From contig JBJBEO010000001.1 in NCBI GenBank assembly GCA_047284725.1, positions 1,848,203-1,912,202 on the forward strand: a stretch of DNA of 64,000 nt, read 5' to 3'. This DNA is from Synechococcus sp. GTDB lineage: Bacteria > Cyanobacteriota > Cyanobacteriia > PCC-6307 > Cyanobiaceae. This document shows positions 54,268 to 64,000 of this stretch, piece after piece (within the stretch, counting starts at the first letter, position 1; each line of letters begins with the position of its first letter). The translations under genes were made by a program, and so were the position numbers. The notes below the pieces were generated by a model. The model did not search any database, was not told the origin of the DNA, and was given only the letters and a program-made list of their open reading frames with translations.

Positions 54268-55101
54268 TCAGGCGAGCTTGCGGTTGAGCAGAGGGCGAAT
54301 CAACAGAAACAGCCCGAAGGTGAGAACCGTCAAGACCGTCAGGCAGGCATAGCCAGTCACGGGGCCGTAGGGGGCTTCGAGCAGCACCTGGGACAAGTCC
54401 AGAGGACCGGTGTAAGCGGCACGAATCGGTTCTATGGCGAAGGTAAGGGGATTCAGGGCCGCGAGCCAGCCCAGCCAAGTGGGCATGAACGCCAACGGAG
54501 CCAAAGCAGTACTCGCAAACAAAAGAGGCAGATTGGCGACAAAGATCACTGCGATCAGCTCGATATGGCCGGGGAGTGCGAAGGCAAGTCCGAGGCTCAG
54601 GGCTGTGACCGCAAACACCAGCAAGAGCAGCGTGAGCAGCACCAGGCCAAGGCCAGCCAATCCGGGCCAGCCATACCCCAGCAAGGCCGCCGTGGCCATG
54701 ATCGCCACGCTCTGCACCAGGCTCAAGGTGGTGATGTAGATCACGGAAGCCAGCACGATCGAACTGCGGCTGCGCAGGGGCGCCACCAGCAAACGGTTCA
54801 GGAAGCCGAATTCCCGATCGAACATCACCGGTAACCCTGCGTTCAATGCTGCGCTGAACGCGGTGAAGACGATGACGCCAGCCCCGAGGAAACGCCCATA
54901 ACTGAGCCCCCCGGGCAGCAATCCCTCAGGAGCCCGGGAGAAAAGAGCTCCGAACAGCACCAACCAGATCAGGGGTTGCAGCACCCCCGCCACCAGGGTG
55001 GAAGGGCGGCGCTGCAGCTGAAGGAAGAGACGCCTGGTCAGCGCCATCGTTTCCTGCGCCAGTTCGGACAGAGGAGTGCTGGTGACAATGGAACGCGACA
55101 T
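54268..55101 (-). CDS. ABC-2 type transporter permease
   Basis: QPLIWL, DREFGFLNRLLVAP, NPLTFA. Confidence 0.92.
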   Translation of the reverse strand: MSRSIVTSTPLSELAQETMALTRRLFLQLQRRPSTLVAGVLQPLIWLVLFGALFSRAPEGLLPGGLSYGRFLGAGVIVFTAFSAALNAGLPVMFDREFGFLNRLLVAPLRSRSSIVLASVIYITTLSLVQSVAIMATAALLGYGWPGLAGLGLVLLTLLLLVFAVTALSLGLAFALPGHIELIAVIFVANLPLLFASTALAPLAFMPTWLGWLAALNPLTFAIEPIRAAYTGPLDLSQVLLEAPYGPVTGYACLTVLTVLTFGLFLLIRPLLNRKLA

Positions 55102-55149
55102 CGAAGGGGGCGATCAAACAACGAGGCAGACAACAGCGAGAGGAGGGGT

Positions 55150-56163
55150 TTAACGCATGGCCTGTTTGCGTTCTTGTTTCGGGTCGCGCTGGCCAGCAAC
55201 CGCCAATTCGGCATCCATCAGCGTGCGACCGGTGGCCTGAAGGTAAACGTCATCGAGGCTTGGGCGACTCTGAGCCAAAGCGAACACCGGCAGTCCGGCC
55301 TGATCCAATTGCTGTCTCAACCGGTCGAGCACCTGATCGTCTTCCACCACGAGATTGAGGGAATAACCCTGGGCGCGATTGACGACAATTTGACGAACCC
55401 CTTCCACTGGCTGCAGCAGACCCTGGACACGCTCGGCTTCCACCTGATCGCTGAATTCGCGCACCCTCAGGGTGATTCGATCCCCACCCAGCCGTTGTTT
55501 GAGCTCGTCGGGACTCCCCTCTGCAATCACCCGGCCGGCATCGATGATCGCCATCCGGTCGGCCAAGGCCTCCACCTCTTCTAGGTAGTGACTGCTGAGC
55601 AAGATCGTGGTGCCCTGCTGACGCAGCTCCCTCAGCACCTGCCAGATCGCAGCTCGACTTTCAATGTCAAGGCCAACGGTGGGCTCATCGAGCACCAGCA
55701 GGCGAGGACGGTGCAGGAGGCCTGAAGCCAGATCGAGCCGACGGCGCATCCCTCCGGAATACGTGCCGCAGCGACGATCAATCCAGTCCTGCATTCCCAG
55801 AATGGTGATCAACTCCACGATGCGTTGGTCACGATCGGCGCGAGGGAGGTGATAGAGATCGCCTTGAAGCTGGAGCAGCTCACGGCCGGTGAGGATTTTG
55901 TCGATCGCCACCTCCTGTGCCACGTATCCCATCAGACAGCGCACGGCCCGGGGATCCTGCAAGGCATCGATGCCGGCCACATGCACCGTGCCGGCATCAG
56001 GAGCCAGCAGCGTGGCCAAGATGCGAAAGGTCGTGGTCTTGCCGGCGCCATTCGGACCTAAGAGCCCATAAAGACACCCTTCTGGAACATCCAGACTCAA
56101 GTCCTGAAGAGCCTTGACTGACCCATAGGTCTTCTGGAGATGTGCCAGCTCCAACAAGGACAT
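55150..56163 (-). CDS. ABC transporter ATP-binding protein (DrrA-like)
   Basis: GPNGAGKTT, YSGGMRRRL, LDEPT, SHYLEE, PSLDDVY. Confidence 0.93.
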   Translation of the reverse strand: MSLLELAHLQKTYGSVKALQDLSLDVPEGCLYGLLGPNGAGKTTTFRILATLLAPDAGTVHVAGIDALQDPRAVRCLMGYVAQEVAIDKILTGRELLQLQGDLYHLPRADRDQRIVELITILGMQDWIDRRCGTYSGGMRRRLDLASGLLHRPRLLVLDEPTVGLDIESRAAIWQVLRELRQQGTTILLSSHYLEEVEALADRMAIIDAGRVIAEGSPDELKQRLGGDRITLRVREFSDQVEAERVQGLLQPVEGVRQIVVNRAQGYSLNLVVEDDQVLDRLRQQLDQAGLPVFALAQSRPSLDDVYLQATGRTLMDAELAVAGQRDPKQERKQAMR

Positions 56164-56196
56164 CGAGGAGACAAGGGACAAAGGCCGAAATGGAAT

Positions 56197-57201
56197 CTAG
56201 GCAGCGGTGCGGGGGAGTCCGCTGATCACCGGAGCCAGCAAGGAATGAACTTGCTGATCAAAGTGGGCGCCGGCGGGGAGTCGGCTCAGGATCAACAGCA
56301 GGCACACACCGAAGAGATAGAGAATTGACCATCGGAACAACCCCTTCGCCCGCTCTGCGCTCTCAGGGGTCAGGGAGAGATAATTCACCATCTGCAGCAG
56401 GCGGGCATTGAAGGGCAGCAACAGCAGCCCATAGAGCAACCCACCTTCTGGAAGAACCCAGACCCCGAAGGCACTGAGCACCACCGTGGCCCAGCCGTAA
56501 CGACGAATCGCCCTGGCAGTCACCACTGGCCCTTTCACCACGGGGAGCATTGGGATTCCCACCGCGCGATAGTCGTCCCGAAGCAGGAGCGCCAAGGCCC
56601 AGAAATGCGCCGGCGTCCACACCATCACGAGGGCAAAGAGCCACCATCCCCCCAGTCCAATGTGGCCCGCTGCCGCTGCAGCCCCCACAAGGGGAGGGAT
56701 CGCCCCAGCCACTCCACCAATGACAATGTTCTGAGGGGTGCGGGGTTTCAGCAGCGCTGTGTAGAGCAGAACGTAACTGCACATCCCCAGCAGAGAAAGT
56801 CCTGCAGCCAGACAGTTCACTCCGCTCACGAGCAGCAAAGCGGCTGCCAGGGTGCATGAAACAGCGCCTGCGAAGGCTGCAGTGGGGGAGAGCCGACCAG
56901 ACGGCAGGGCCCGACCGCTGGTGCGCTGCATCCGACCATCAAGGTCCTGTTCCCAGAGACAGTTGAGAACCCCAGCAGCGGCAGCAGCCAGGGCACCTCC
57001 ACCGAGGGTGCAGGCCAGTCGTGGAGAGGAGAGCGGCCATCCTTCGCTGAGGGCCATGCCTCCGAGGGTTGTGGCCAACAGCAGGGGAATCAACCGGGGC
57101 TTGGCCACTTCAAGCCAAGCGGGCAGCTTCACCCGACCGCGCGAGGGCACCACCTGTTCGCGAGTGAGGGCGGTCGCAGGAGACACCGTGGAACTAGCCA
57201 T
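56197..57201 (-). CDS. ctaB: Protoheme IX farnesyltransferase (heme o synthase)
   Basis: [41 protein letters not shown]. Confidence 0.95.
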   Translation of the reverse strand: MASSTVSPATALTREQVVPSRGRVKLPAWLEVAKPRLIPLLLATTLGGMALSEGWPLSSPRLACTLGGGALAAAAAGVLNCLWEQDLDGRMQRTSGRALPSGRLSPTAAFAGAVSCTLAAALLLVSGVNCLAAGLSLLGMCSYVLLYTALLKPRTPQNIVIGGVAGAIPPLVGAAAAAGHIGLGGWWLFALVMVWTPAHFWALALLLRDDYRAVGIPMLPVVKGPVVTARAIRRYGWATVVLSAFGVWVLPEGGLLYGLLLLPFNARLLQMVNYLSLTPESAERAKGLFRWSILYLFGVCLLLILSRLPAGAHFDQQVHSLLAPVISGLPRTAA

Positions 57202-58195
57202 GACAGGGTTCCAGAGAAGAGGACTCGAAATCGGCCGAATCTGGGCTCACCACCAGCCGCGGCCGCCGGCAGGTCAAAGCAGCGAGCAAGGCCACCAACA
57301 GACAGGCCACCAACTGATGCGCCACCGTGACGGTGGGCTGGTGAAGGCCAAGCCGAAGCGTGAACACCCCCAGGGCGATCTGAACCACCACGAGAGCCGC
57401 AGCACTACCGAGCAGCGGCCATTGGCTTCGGGCCCAGCCACCGGCCAGCATGGCCACCACAACAAACAGCAGCACCGTGGCAGCCACTGGGGTGGCAGCA
57501 CTGCGATGCCAGTGCAACCACTGACAGGCCTCACCGGCATCAAGGCAACGCTTCGCGGCCCAGGACGTCGCCATCCTTCCTCCCAGGAGGCTCTGGCCAC
57601 CCACCGCGAGAACACTCAGTGCACCGAACCAAGGCCACCATCGGGGAGGCGACAGCTCTGACGGACTCCCTGGTCTCAACAGCACCTGACTGAGGCCGCT
57701 CATCACCGCCACCAAGGTGAGGCCGAGCGCCAGATGGGCGGTGACAACGGAGGAGGGCAACAGCTGCAGCACGGTGAGTGCTCCAAGAGCTCCCTGAAGC
57801 ACCACCACCCCAACAAGGACAACACTGCAGGGAAGCAACCAGGGGGGGAGTTGACGACGCCACCACCAGGAAGCCCCGAGCTGAACCAGCAGAGCAATGC
57901 CGATCACAAAGGCATCGAGACGATGAAACCACTCCAGAAACACCTGGACGTTCATCTGCCGACCAGGGAGCAGCGTGCCGTAGCAAAGAGGCCAATCCGG
58001 ACAGGCCAGACCTGCTTCCATCACCCGCGTCGCACCACCGATCACCACAAGGGCCACAAGGGCAACGACCAAATGACTCGCCAGCTGAGCCAGTCGGCGA
58101 CGGATCGGCAACGAAGACGAGCTATCCAACAGACCTTCACCCCCTTCATGACGACGGGAATAATCGGAAGGTAGCGATCTGCTCAGCAACGGCAC
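57194..58195 (-). CDS. ctaA: Heme A synthase (COX15/CtaA)
   Basis: [23 protein letters not shown]; true start probably downstream of 58195. Confidence 0.93.
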   Translation of the reverse strand: MPLLSRSLPSDYSRRHEGGEGLLDSSSSLPIRRRLAQLASHLVVALVALVVIGGATRVMEAGLACPDWPLCYGTLLPGRQMNVQVFLEWFHRLDAFVIGIALLVQLGASWWWRRQLPPWLLPCSVVLVGVVVLQGALGALTVLQLLPSSVVTAHLALGLTLVAVMSGLSQVLLRPGSPSELSPPRWWPWFGALSVLAVGGQSLLGGRMATSWAAKRCLDAGEACQWLHWHRSAATPVAATVLLFVVVAMLAGGWARSQWPLLGSAAALVVVQIALGVFTLRLGLHQPTVTVAHQLVACLLVALLAALTCRRPRLVVSPDSADFESSSLEPCHG

Positions 58196-58404
58196 GGTGT
58201 ATGGCCGTTCGCAACATCCAAACCACCCTCAACGTCTCCACCCCCTGACAAAACCTCAGTGATGGAGAAATGACTTTGGTGCACCGACAGGGAGTTTCAC
58301 CAACCCGTCTCACGACTTGAGCAGGAATTTCAACCTGGCTTAATGATCCATGCGTGGCTCTCCCACGGCACTGTCCATAGTCTGAAACGAGTCACGGATT
58401 CACC

Positions 58405-59271
58405 GTGCCCATTCCCTCTTCAATCGTCACTCTGGTGCTGGGAATGATCCTGGTGCTGGGGGGACTCTGGATCGGTCAGAACGTCAACTTGCTGCCGGCC
58501 GACGCCAGCGCCAATGCACCCATCTACGACGAACTGTTCCGCGTGCTGTTCAGCATCGGCACCATTCTGTTCATCGGCATCGTCGGACTCGTGCTGTTCA
58601 GCTTGGTGCGCTTCCGGCGCAAGGCCGGTCAGCTCGGAGACGGACTGGCCATCGAGGGGAACCTCCCCCTGGAGGTGTTCTGGACAGCCGTTCCGGCGAT
58701 TGTTGTGCTGTTTGTAGGCCTCTACAGCTACGACATCTATGACCGGATGGGAGGCATGACGCCCCTGAATCACGGCATGGACCACAACGCCATGGAGCAT
58801 GCCTCCCACGCGAGCGACATCTCCACTCCTGACGACTCCTTCAATGAAGCCGAGTCCCGGGTTTGGGGCGGGATCGGCACCGGCATCAGCACCAACGGTG
58901 GCGCCATGGCACCAGTCCCCATTGAAGTGACGGCGATGCAGTTTGCCTTTCTGTTTCGGTATCCCCAGGGTGACTTCATCTCCGGCGAACTTCACGTCCC
59001 TGCTGGTCAACCCGTGAGCCTTCGGCTGGAAGCCAAAGATGTGATTCATGCCTTCTGGGTCCCTGAATTCCGACTGAAACAAGACGTCATTCCTGGCCAA
59101 CCGACGGTGCTCAACTTCACACCCACCAGGCCTGGCACCTATCCGATTGTGTGCGCCGAACTCTGCGGTCCTTACCACGGAGGGATGCGATCTTCGGTCG
59201 TGGTGGATGAACCGGAGAGTTATCAGGCTTGGTTCAACGCCAACAACAAAGTGGAGGTCGCTGACGCATGA
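58405..59271 (+). CDS. ctaC: Cytochrome c oxidase subunit II
   Basis: LEVFWT, DVIHAFW, CAELCGPYHGGM CuA motif. Confidence 0.97.
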   Translation: MPIPSSIVTLVLGMILVLGGLWIGQNVNLLPADASANAPIYDELFRVLFSIGTILFIGIVGLVLFSLVRFRRKAGQLGDGLAIEGNLPLEVFWTAVPAIVVLFVGLYSYDIYDRMGGMTPLNHGMDHNAMEHASHASDISTPDDSFNEAESRVWGGIGTGISTNGGAMAPVPIEVTAMQFAFLFRYPQGDFISGELHVPAGQPVSLRLEAKDVIHAFWVPEFRLKQDVIPGQPTVLNFTPTRPGTYPIVCAELCGPYHGGMRSSVVVDEPESYQAWFNANNKVEVADA

Positions 59272-60938
59272 CTGCTTCTCTCACTCCTCAGAGCGATCAG
59301 CACGAAACCCGCCTGCAACCGACCGGCTGGTTGCGCTACTTCAGCTTCAGCGTCGACCACAAAGTGATCGGACTTCAGTATTTGGTCTGTGGCTTTCTTT
59401 TTTATCTGATTGGTGGCGCCCTCGCCGGAGCGATTCGCACAGAGCTGCTCAGTCCCATCTCTGATTTCATGCCGCGCGATGTCTACAACCAGGTCCTCAC
59501 CCTGCATGGCACGGTGATGATCTTTCTCTGGATTGTGCCTGTGGTGAATGGTGCCTTCGGCAATTACCTGATCCCCTTTTATGTGGGAGCCAGAGACATG
59601 GCCTTCCCTCGGCTGAATGCGGTGGCATTCTGGCTGATCCCTCCAGCGGGCCTACTGCTCATCAGCAGTTACTTCATCACTGGAGCAGCTCAATCGGGTT
59701 GGACGGCGTATCCACCATTGAGCATCACCACTCCTGCCAGCGGTCAGATCATCTGGATCCTGAGCGTGTTATTGCTGGGGGGCAGTTCGATCTTCGGCGG
59801 CATCAATTTCATCGCCACGGTGCTCAAGCTGCGCCGTCCGGGACTGAAGCTGATGCAGTTACCGATGTACTGCTGGGCCATGCTCGGCACGAGCATTCTT
59901 GTCGTTCTTTCCACTCCGGTTCTGGCAGGTACACTGATCTTGCTGAGCTTCGACATCGTTGCTCACACCGGCTTCTTCAACCCAGGACTGGGTGGCAATG
60001 TGGTGGTTTATCAGCACCTCTTTTGGTTCTATTCCCACCCTGCCGTTTACATCATGGTGCTGCCGGCCTTTGGCCTGGTGAGTGAAATCCTGCCTGTGCA
60101 CTGCCGCAAGCCCCTCTTCGGTTACGCGACGATGGTGTATTCGATCCTGGCGATTGTGATTCTGGGGCTGGTGGTATGGGCCCACCACATGTTCACAAGC
60201 GGCACGCCGCCGTGGATGCGCCTTTTCTTCACCATTGCCACAGCCTTTATTGCCGTCCCCACCGGCATCAAATTCTTCAATTGGCTTGCAACCCTCTGGG
60301 GAGGCCGAATCTCCTTAAACAGCGCCGTTCTGTTTTCCTGCGGCTTCATCGTCAACTTCGTACTCGGAGGCATCACTGGCGTTGCTCTGGCGCAGGTGCC
60401 CTTCGACGTTCACGTGCATGACACCTACTTCGTGGTCGCCCACTTTCACTACATCGTTTACGGCGGCACGGTCTTTGTGATCTTTGCATCGATCTATCAC
60501 TGGTATCCGAAGGTCACGGGACGGATGCTGAACGAACCACTGGGGCGTTTGCACTTCCTGCTGACCTTCATTGGCTTCAATCTCTGTTTCGCGCCCCAGC
60601 ATTGGCTGGGCCTCAACGGCATGCCTCGCCGAGTCGCGGAATACGACCCCCAGTTCGCTTTCATCAACCAGATCAGCAGTGCCGGAGCCCTGCTGATGGC
60701 CCTCAGCACCCTGCCGTTCCTCTGGAACGTGATTGCCAGTGCATTCAGCGGTGAGATCGCCGGTGACAATCCCTGGAAAGCACTGACGCCGGAGTGGCTC
60801 ACCAGCTCACCTCCTCCGGTGGAGAACTGGGAAGGGGAACCTCCTCTTGTGGAGGAGCCCTATGGCTATGGCGTTCCCCTTGATCAAATCGACCTCAGCT
60901 CTGCCAGTGGCAGTGATCTCTGGAGCAGCAGCAAATGA
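59268..60938 (+). CDS. ctaD: Cytochrome c oxidase subunit I
   Basis: DHKVIG, HGTVM, WFYSHPAVY, WAHHM, VAHFH, GMPRR. Confidence 0.98.
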   Translation: MTASLTPQSDQHETRLQPTGWLRYFSFSVDHKVIGLQYLVCGFLFYLIGGALAGAIRTELLSPISDFMPRDVYNQVLTLHGTVMIFLWIVPVVNGAFGNYLIPFYVGARDMAFPRLNAVAFWLIPPAGLLLISSYFITGAAQSGWTAYPPLSITTPASGQIIWILSVLLLGGSSIFGGINFIATVLKLRRPGLKLMQLPMYCWAMLGTSILVVLSTPVLAGTLILLSFDIVAHTGFFNPGLGGNVVVYQHLFWFYSHPAVYIMVLPAFGLVSEILPVHCRKPLFGYATMVYSILAIVILGLVVWAHHMFTSGTPPWMRLFFTIATAFIAVPTGIKFFNWLATLWGGRISLNSAVLFSCGFIVNFVLGGITGVALAQVPFDVHVHDTYFVVAHFHYIVYGGTVFVIFASIYHWYPKVTGRMLNEPLGRLHFLLTFIGFNLCFAPQHWLGLNGMPRRVAEYDPQFAFINQISSAGALLMALSTLPFLWNVIASAFSGEIAGDNPWKALTPEWLTSSPPPVENWEGEPPLVEEPYGYGVPLDQIDLSSASGSDLWSSSK

Positions 60939-61534
60939 CCACTCTCAATCCATCCAGCAGCGAAACCGTCAGCACCACCGAAGGGCACGGTCATCCAGAC
61001 CACCGCATGTTCGGCGTCGCCACCTTTCTGGTGGCAGATGCCATGACCTTTGCCGGTTTCTTTGCCGCCTACCTCACCTTCCACGCCGTCAATCCTCTGC
61101 AGGCCGATGCCATCTACGAGCTCGAGCTGCCGCTGCCCATCCTCAACACCGTGCTGCTGCTGGTGAGTAGTGCCACCTTCCACAAAGCAGGCCAGAATCT
61201 GCGCAAGGGCGCGAACAAGGCCTGCCGCCACTGGCTGATGGTCACCGCACTTCTCGGCCTGGCGTTTCTCGTCAGTCAGATGGTCGAGTACTTCACCCTG
61301 CCCTTTGGGCTCACCGACAACCTCTTCGCCAGCACCTTTTACGCACTGACAGGCTTCCACGGTCTGCATGTCACCTTGGGAGCCCTGATGATCCTGATCG
61401 TTTGGTGGCAATGTCGCACTCCGGCCGGACGTGTCACCGCCGACAACCAATTCCCACTCGAAGCCGTTGAGCTCTACTGGCACTTCGTTGATGGAATCTG
61501 GGTTGTGCTCTTTCTGATTCTTTATCTGCTTTAA
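60935..61534 (+). CDS. ctaE: Cytochrome c oxidase subunit III
   Basis: TGFHGLHV, YWHFVD. Confidence 0.97.
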   Translation: MTTLNPSSSETVSTTEGHGHPDHRMFGVATFLVADAMTFAGFFAAYLTFHAVNPLQADAIYELELPLPILNTVLLLVSSATFHKAGQNLRKGANKACRHWLMVTALLGLAFLVSQMVEYFTLPFGLTDNLFASTFYALTGFHGLHVTLGALMILIVWWQCRTPAGRVTADNQFPLEAVELYWHFVDGIWVVLFLILYLL

Positions 61535-61627
61535 GCAGAGCCAGCTTGATGAAGCCTGAACAACAACGGCGATCCGTTGCCGTTGTTGTTCAAAATCGCC
61601 AAAATCAAGTCAACTCTTCCTGATCAG

Positions 61628-62038
61628 ATGCTGGTCGGCCAGGAACTCCTCGACAAAGCACGCGCCCTCAGTAATCGGCGCGAAGATGAAATCGCACGGG
61701 GCTGCGGCTACGTCGGTCCGAGTGGCCGTGTTCTGAAAAAGAGCTTCTACAAAGCCTTGGTGGAAGCCAAGGGCTATGTGCTCCCTTCGGCATCAGCAAG
61801 CAGTGGAGGCGGCACCCGCGGACGACATGCCGAATTCCGCACCCGGGTGCATGGCAACGGCAATTTGCTCATTGGCCACGCCTACACGCGCCGGCTCGGT
61901 CTGGAGCCTGGCCAGGAGTTCAAGATCGAGCTGCACAAGGAATCAGGTTCCATTTGGCTCCTGCCGCGGGACGATGACAACACCGCCGACCAAGGGGCAG
62001 CAGCACCTCATACAGACGCTGCTGCCGCCATGGAGTGA
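61628..62038 (+). CDS. Cyanobacterial AbrB-like transcription regulator
   Basis: GQELLDK, ARGCGY, FYKALVEAKG, VHGNGNLLIGHAYT. Confidence 0.92.
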   Translation: MLVGQELLDKARALSNRREDEIARGCGYVGPSGRVLKKSFYKALVEAKGYVLPSASASSGGGTRGRHAEFRTRVHGNGNLLIGHAYTRRLGLEPGQEFKIELHKESGSIWLLPRDDDNTADQGAAAPHTDAAAAME

Positions 62039-62087
62039 TCAGACCAGAGCTGGTCAGCAAACACTGCCGATCACCATTCTTCCGTCT

Positions 62088-62741
62088 TCAACCCCAGCCA
62101 TGCTCCTTCAACCAAGCCGTTGAGATGATGGAGGTGTCGGGCTGGTGGCCCGAGCCCGCCTGATGCAACAGCCTCTCCGTGTAACGAGCCATCAGATCGG
62201 CCTCCAGATTCACCGTCGCACCTTGCTGCAGATGCTGAAGAGCCGTTGAAGACCAGGTGTGCGGAATCACAGCAACCCAAAACCGCGCGCCGTCAGCCGC
62301 ACAACCCGCCACGGTGAGGCTGATGCCGTCCACGGCAATGCTGCCCTTTTCGCACACGTACCTCCCATAGGAAGGATCCCTCCATTGCAGCTCCAGGCGC
62401 CATGACTGGGGCAGAGCCTCAATGGCGACCACCTCCCCCGCACCATCGACATGACCACTAACCAGGTGACCGCCAAGGCGGTCCGCGAGCCGCAAGGCCG
62501 GCTCAAGATTCACCACACCCCGACGCAGGGCCTTGGCTCCCAGGGTGGTGCGCTGGAGCGTCTCCTCACTGACATCAGCCAGAAAGCCGTCGGCAACGCA
62601 CTCAGCAACGGTGAGACAGACTCCGTCCACCGCCACACTGTCCCCGAGCTGCAACGGTGCCAACGGTGCGCAACCACTCACCAGGAGGCGCTGACCTCGG
62701 AGTTCGACCTGCCCAACCGCCTGCACCAGCCCAGTGAACAT
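62088..62741 (-). CDS. ribE: Riboflavin synthase alpha chain
   Basis: MFTGLV, GDSVAVDGVCLTV, GGHLVSGHVD, KGSIAVDGISLTV. Confidence 0.96.
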   Translation of the reverse strand: MFTGLVQAVGQVELRGQRLLVSGCAPLAPLQLGDSVAVDGVCLTVAECVADGFLADVSEETLQRTTLGAKALRRGVVNLEPALRLADRLGGHLVSGHVDGAGEVVAIEALPQSWRLELQWRDPSYGRYVCEKGSIAVDGISLTVAGCAADGARFWVAVIPHTWSSTALQHLQQGATVNLEADLMARYTERLLHQAGSGHQPDTSIISTAWLKEHGWG

Positions 62742-62797
62742 TGCTTCCCGCCCGTGGCTGTTCCTCTGGCCATAATCGGATAAGGAGGAGGAAGGCC

Positions 62798-63484
62798 GTG
62801 GTTGAAATGCACGTTGCCGGAATCGCTCTCGACGCGGCCAGCCGCAGCCCGATTGTGCTGCTGCGTGATCCCTCAGGCCGCCGTCAGGTGCCGATCTGGA
62901 TCGATCAGGCCCAGGCCCACAACATCATGGCCGGCCTTCAAGAGGAGGAGAGCCCACGCCCCCTCAGCCACGATCTGATGGCAGCCCTGCTGGAGGCCGG
63001 AGACCTGGAATTCGACCGGGTGATCATCCATGCGATCGAGGACAGCACGTTCCGCGCTCTGCTCAAGCTGCAAAAAACAGGCCTCTCGGAGGCAGACAAC
63101 GACTCAGACCAGCTCGACTCCAGCAACGGCGACCCGATTGCATCGGCTGAGGATCAGCCTCTGACAGAGCAGCAGCCCCCGTGCAGCGACGAGATCGAGA
63201 TCGATGCACGCCCCAGCGATGCCATCGCCCTCGCCGTGCGCACCGGGGCCACGATCTGGATGCTGGAGGAGGTGGTGGCGGAGGCCTCCATCCCCGTTGA
63301 TGCCGAGGCGGACCATGAAGAACAAGACGAATTCCGGCGGTTTCTGGATCAGGTGAGTCCAGCCGCATTGGTGCGCCACCTGCAGTCGCGCCAGCCCGAC
63401 CAGGCAGCGGGCGACGACGCATTCAGTGATGACGACAGTCCTGACGGCGAACCGAGCCAGGGGGACAGCGGCAGAAGGCCATGA
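62798..63484 (+). CDS. Bifunctional nuclease (DUF151) family protein
   Basis: PIVLL, PIWI, RPLSHDL, DARPSDAIALA; AAGGAGG RBS before GTG. Confidence 0.92.
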   Translation: MVEMHVAGIALDAASRSPIVLLRDPSGRRQVPIWIDQAQAHNIMAGLQEEESPRPLSHDLMAALLEAGDLEFDRVIIHAIEDSTFRALLKLQKTGLSEADNDSDQLDSSNGDPIASAEDQPLTEQQPPCSDEIEIDARPSDAIALAVRTGATIWMLEEVVAEASIPVDAEADHEEQDEFRRFLDQVSPAALVRHLQSRQPDQAAGDDAFSDDDSPDGEPSQGDSGRRP

Positions 63485-64000
63485 ACAGGTCCCCCTCAGG
63501 CGTCTCAGCCAGTCGTCGCCGCTTCGGCGATGGACCGGAGGTGAGCCTGTTCACCCTGGGCACGATGCGAGCCCTCGCTTCGCCCGACCAGATGCTGGAG
63601 GTGCTTGAGGCGGCCGTGAGCGCAGGCATCAACCACCTGGAAACCGCACCGGCCTACGGACCCGCCGAGGAGTTTCTGGGCACAGCACTCCAGACCTGCA
63701 GGGAAGCGGAGCTCGCCCCCCGCGACGGCTGGGTGATCACCAGCAAGGTGCTGCCCGGGGTGGAGCTTGAGCAAGGCAAGCGCCAACTGCTGGCCTGCCT
63801 CCAGCGGCTGGGGATGCCACGGATCGACAATTGGGCCGTTCATGGCCTGAACCGGCCGGACCATCTCGCCTGGGCCTTGCACGGTGACGGCAAGGAGCTG
63901 CTGCAGTGGGCCCGGGGCGAAGGCCTGGTCGGTCAGACGGGGTTCAGCAGCCATGGCCCCCTCGAGCTGATCCGCGACGCCATCAGCAGTGGGGCATTCC
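63481..64000 (+). CDS. Aldo/keto reductase, 5' part (runs off the window end)
   Basis: Hand translation ...RRFGDGPEVSLFTLGTMR...GINHLETAPAYGPAEEFLG...ITSK...VHGLN...GFSSHG. Confidence 0.9.
   Translation, partial: MNRSPSGVSASRRRFGDGPEVSLFTLGTMRALASPDQMLEVLEAAVSAGINHLETAPAYGPAEEFLGTALQTCREAELAPRDGWVITSKVLPGVELEQGKRQLLACLQRLGMPRIDNWAVHGLNRPDHLAWALHGDGKELLQWARGEGLVGQTGFSSHGPLELIRDAISSGAF

Overview
Window from a high-GC marine picocyanobacterium, most likely marine Synechococcus (hcp, psaF/psaJ, petC/petA, hli, futA/futB, ctaA/B/C/D/E, cyAbrB). About 90% is densely packed core genes, with three tRNAs (Trp-CCA, Asp-GTC, Val-CAC). The clear exception is a ~4.5-kb insert (about 23200-27700) between hcp and tRNA-Asp. 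It has no integrase and contains: (i) a secreted two-Cys beta-rich pilin-like gene followed by a strong terminator, a chaperone-like gene and a third exported-protein gene, with no usher in the window; (ii) two small AT-rich exported-protein genes on the opposite strand; (iii) a near-perfect 284-bp tandem array of 4.94 copies (25944-27346). On the minus strand each unit carries an 83-bp element that aligns without gaps (58/83 identical) to the region upstream of the pilin-like gene. The element includes three 11-bp-periodic heptamers and runs straight into an intrinsic terminator. The ~35-40 nt RNA this predicts begins with a sequence complementary to 14 nt just upstream of the pilin-like start codon. 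This suggests an amplified array of tiny antisense-RNA or decoy-promoter units controlling a minimal fimbria-like cassette; that is an inference, not a demonstrated system. Product calls come from recognising motifs in the translations; no database searches were run.
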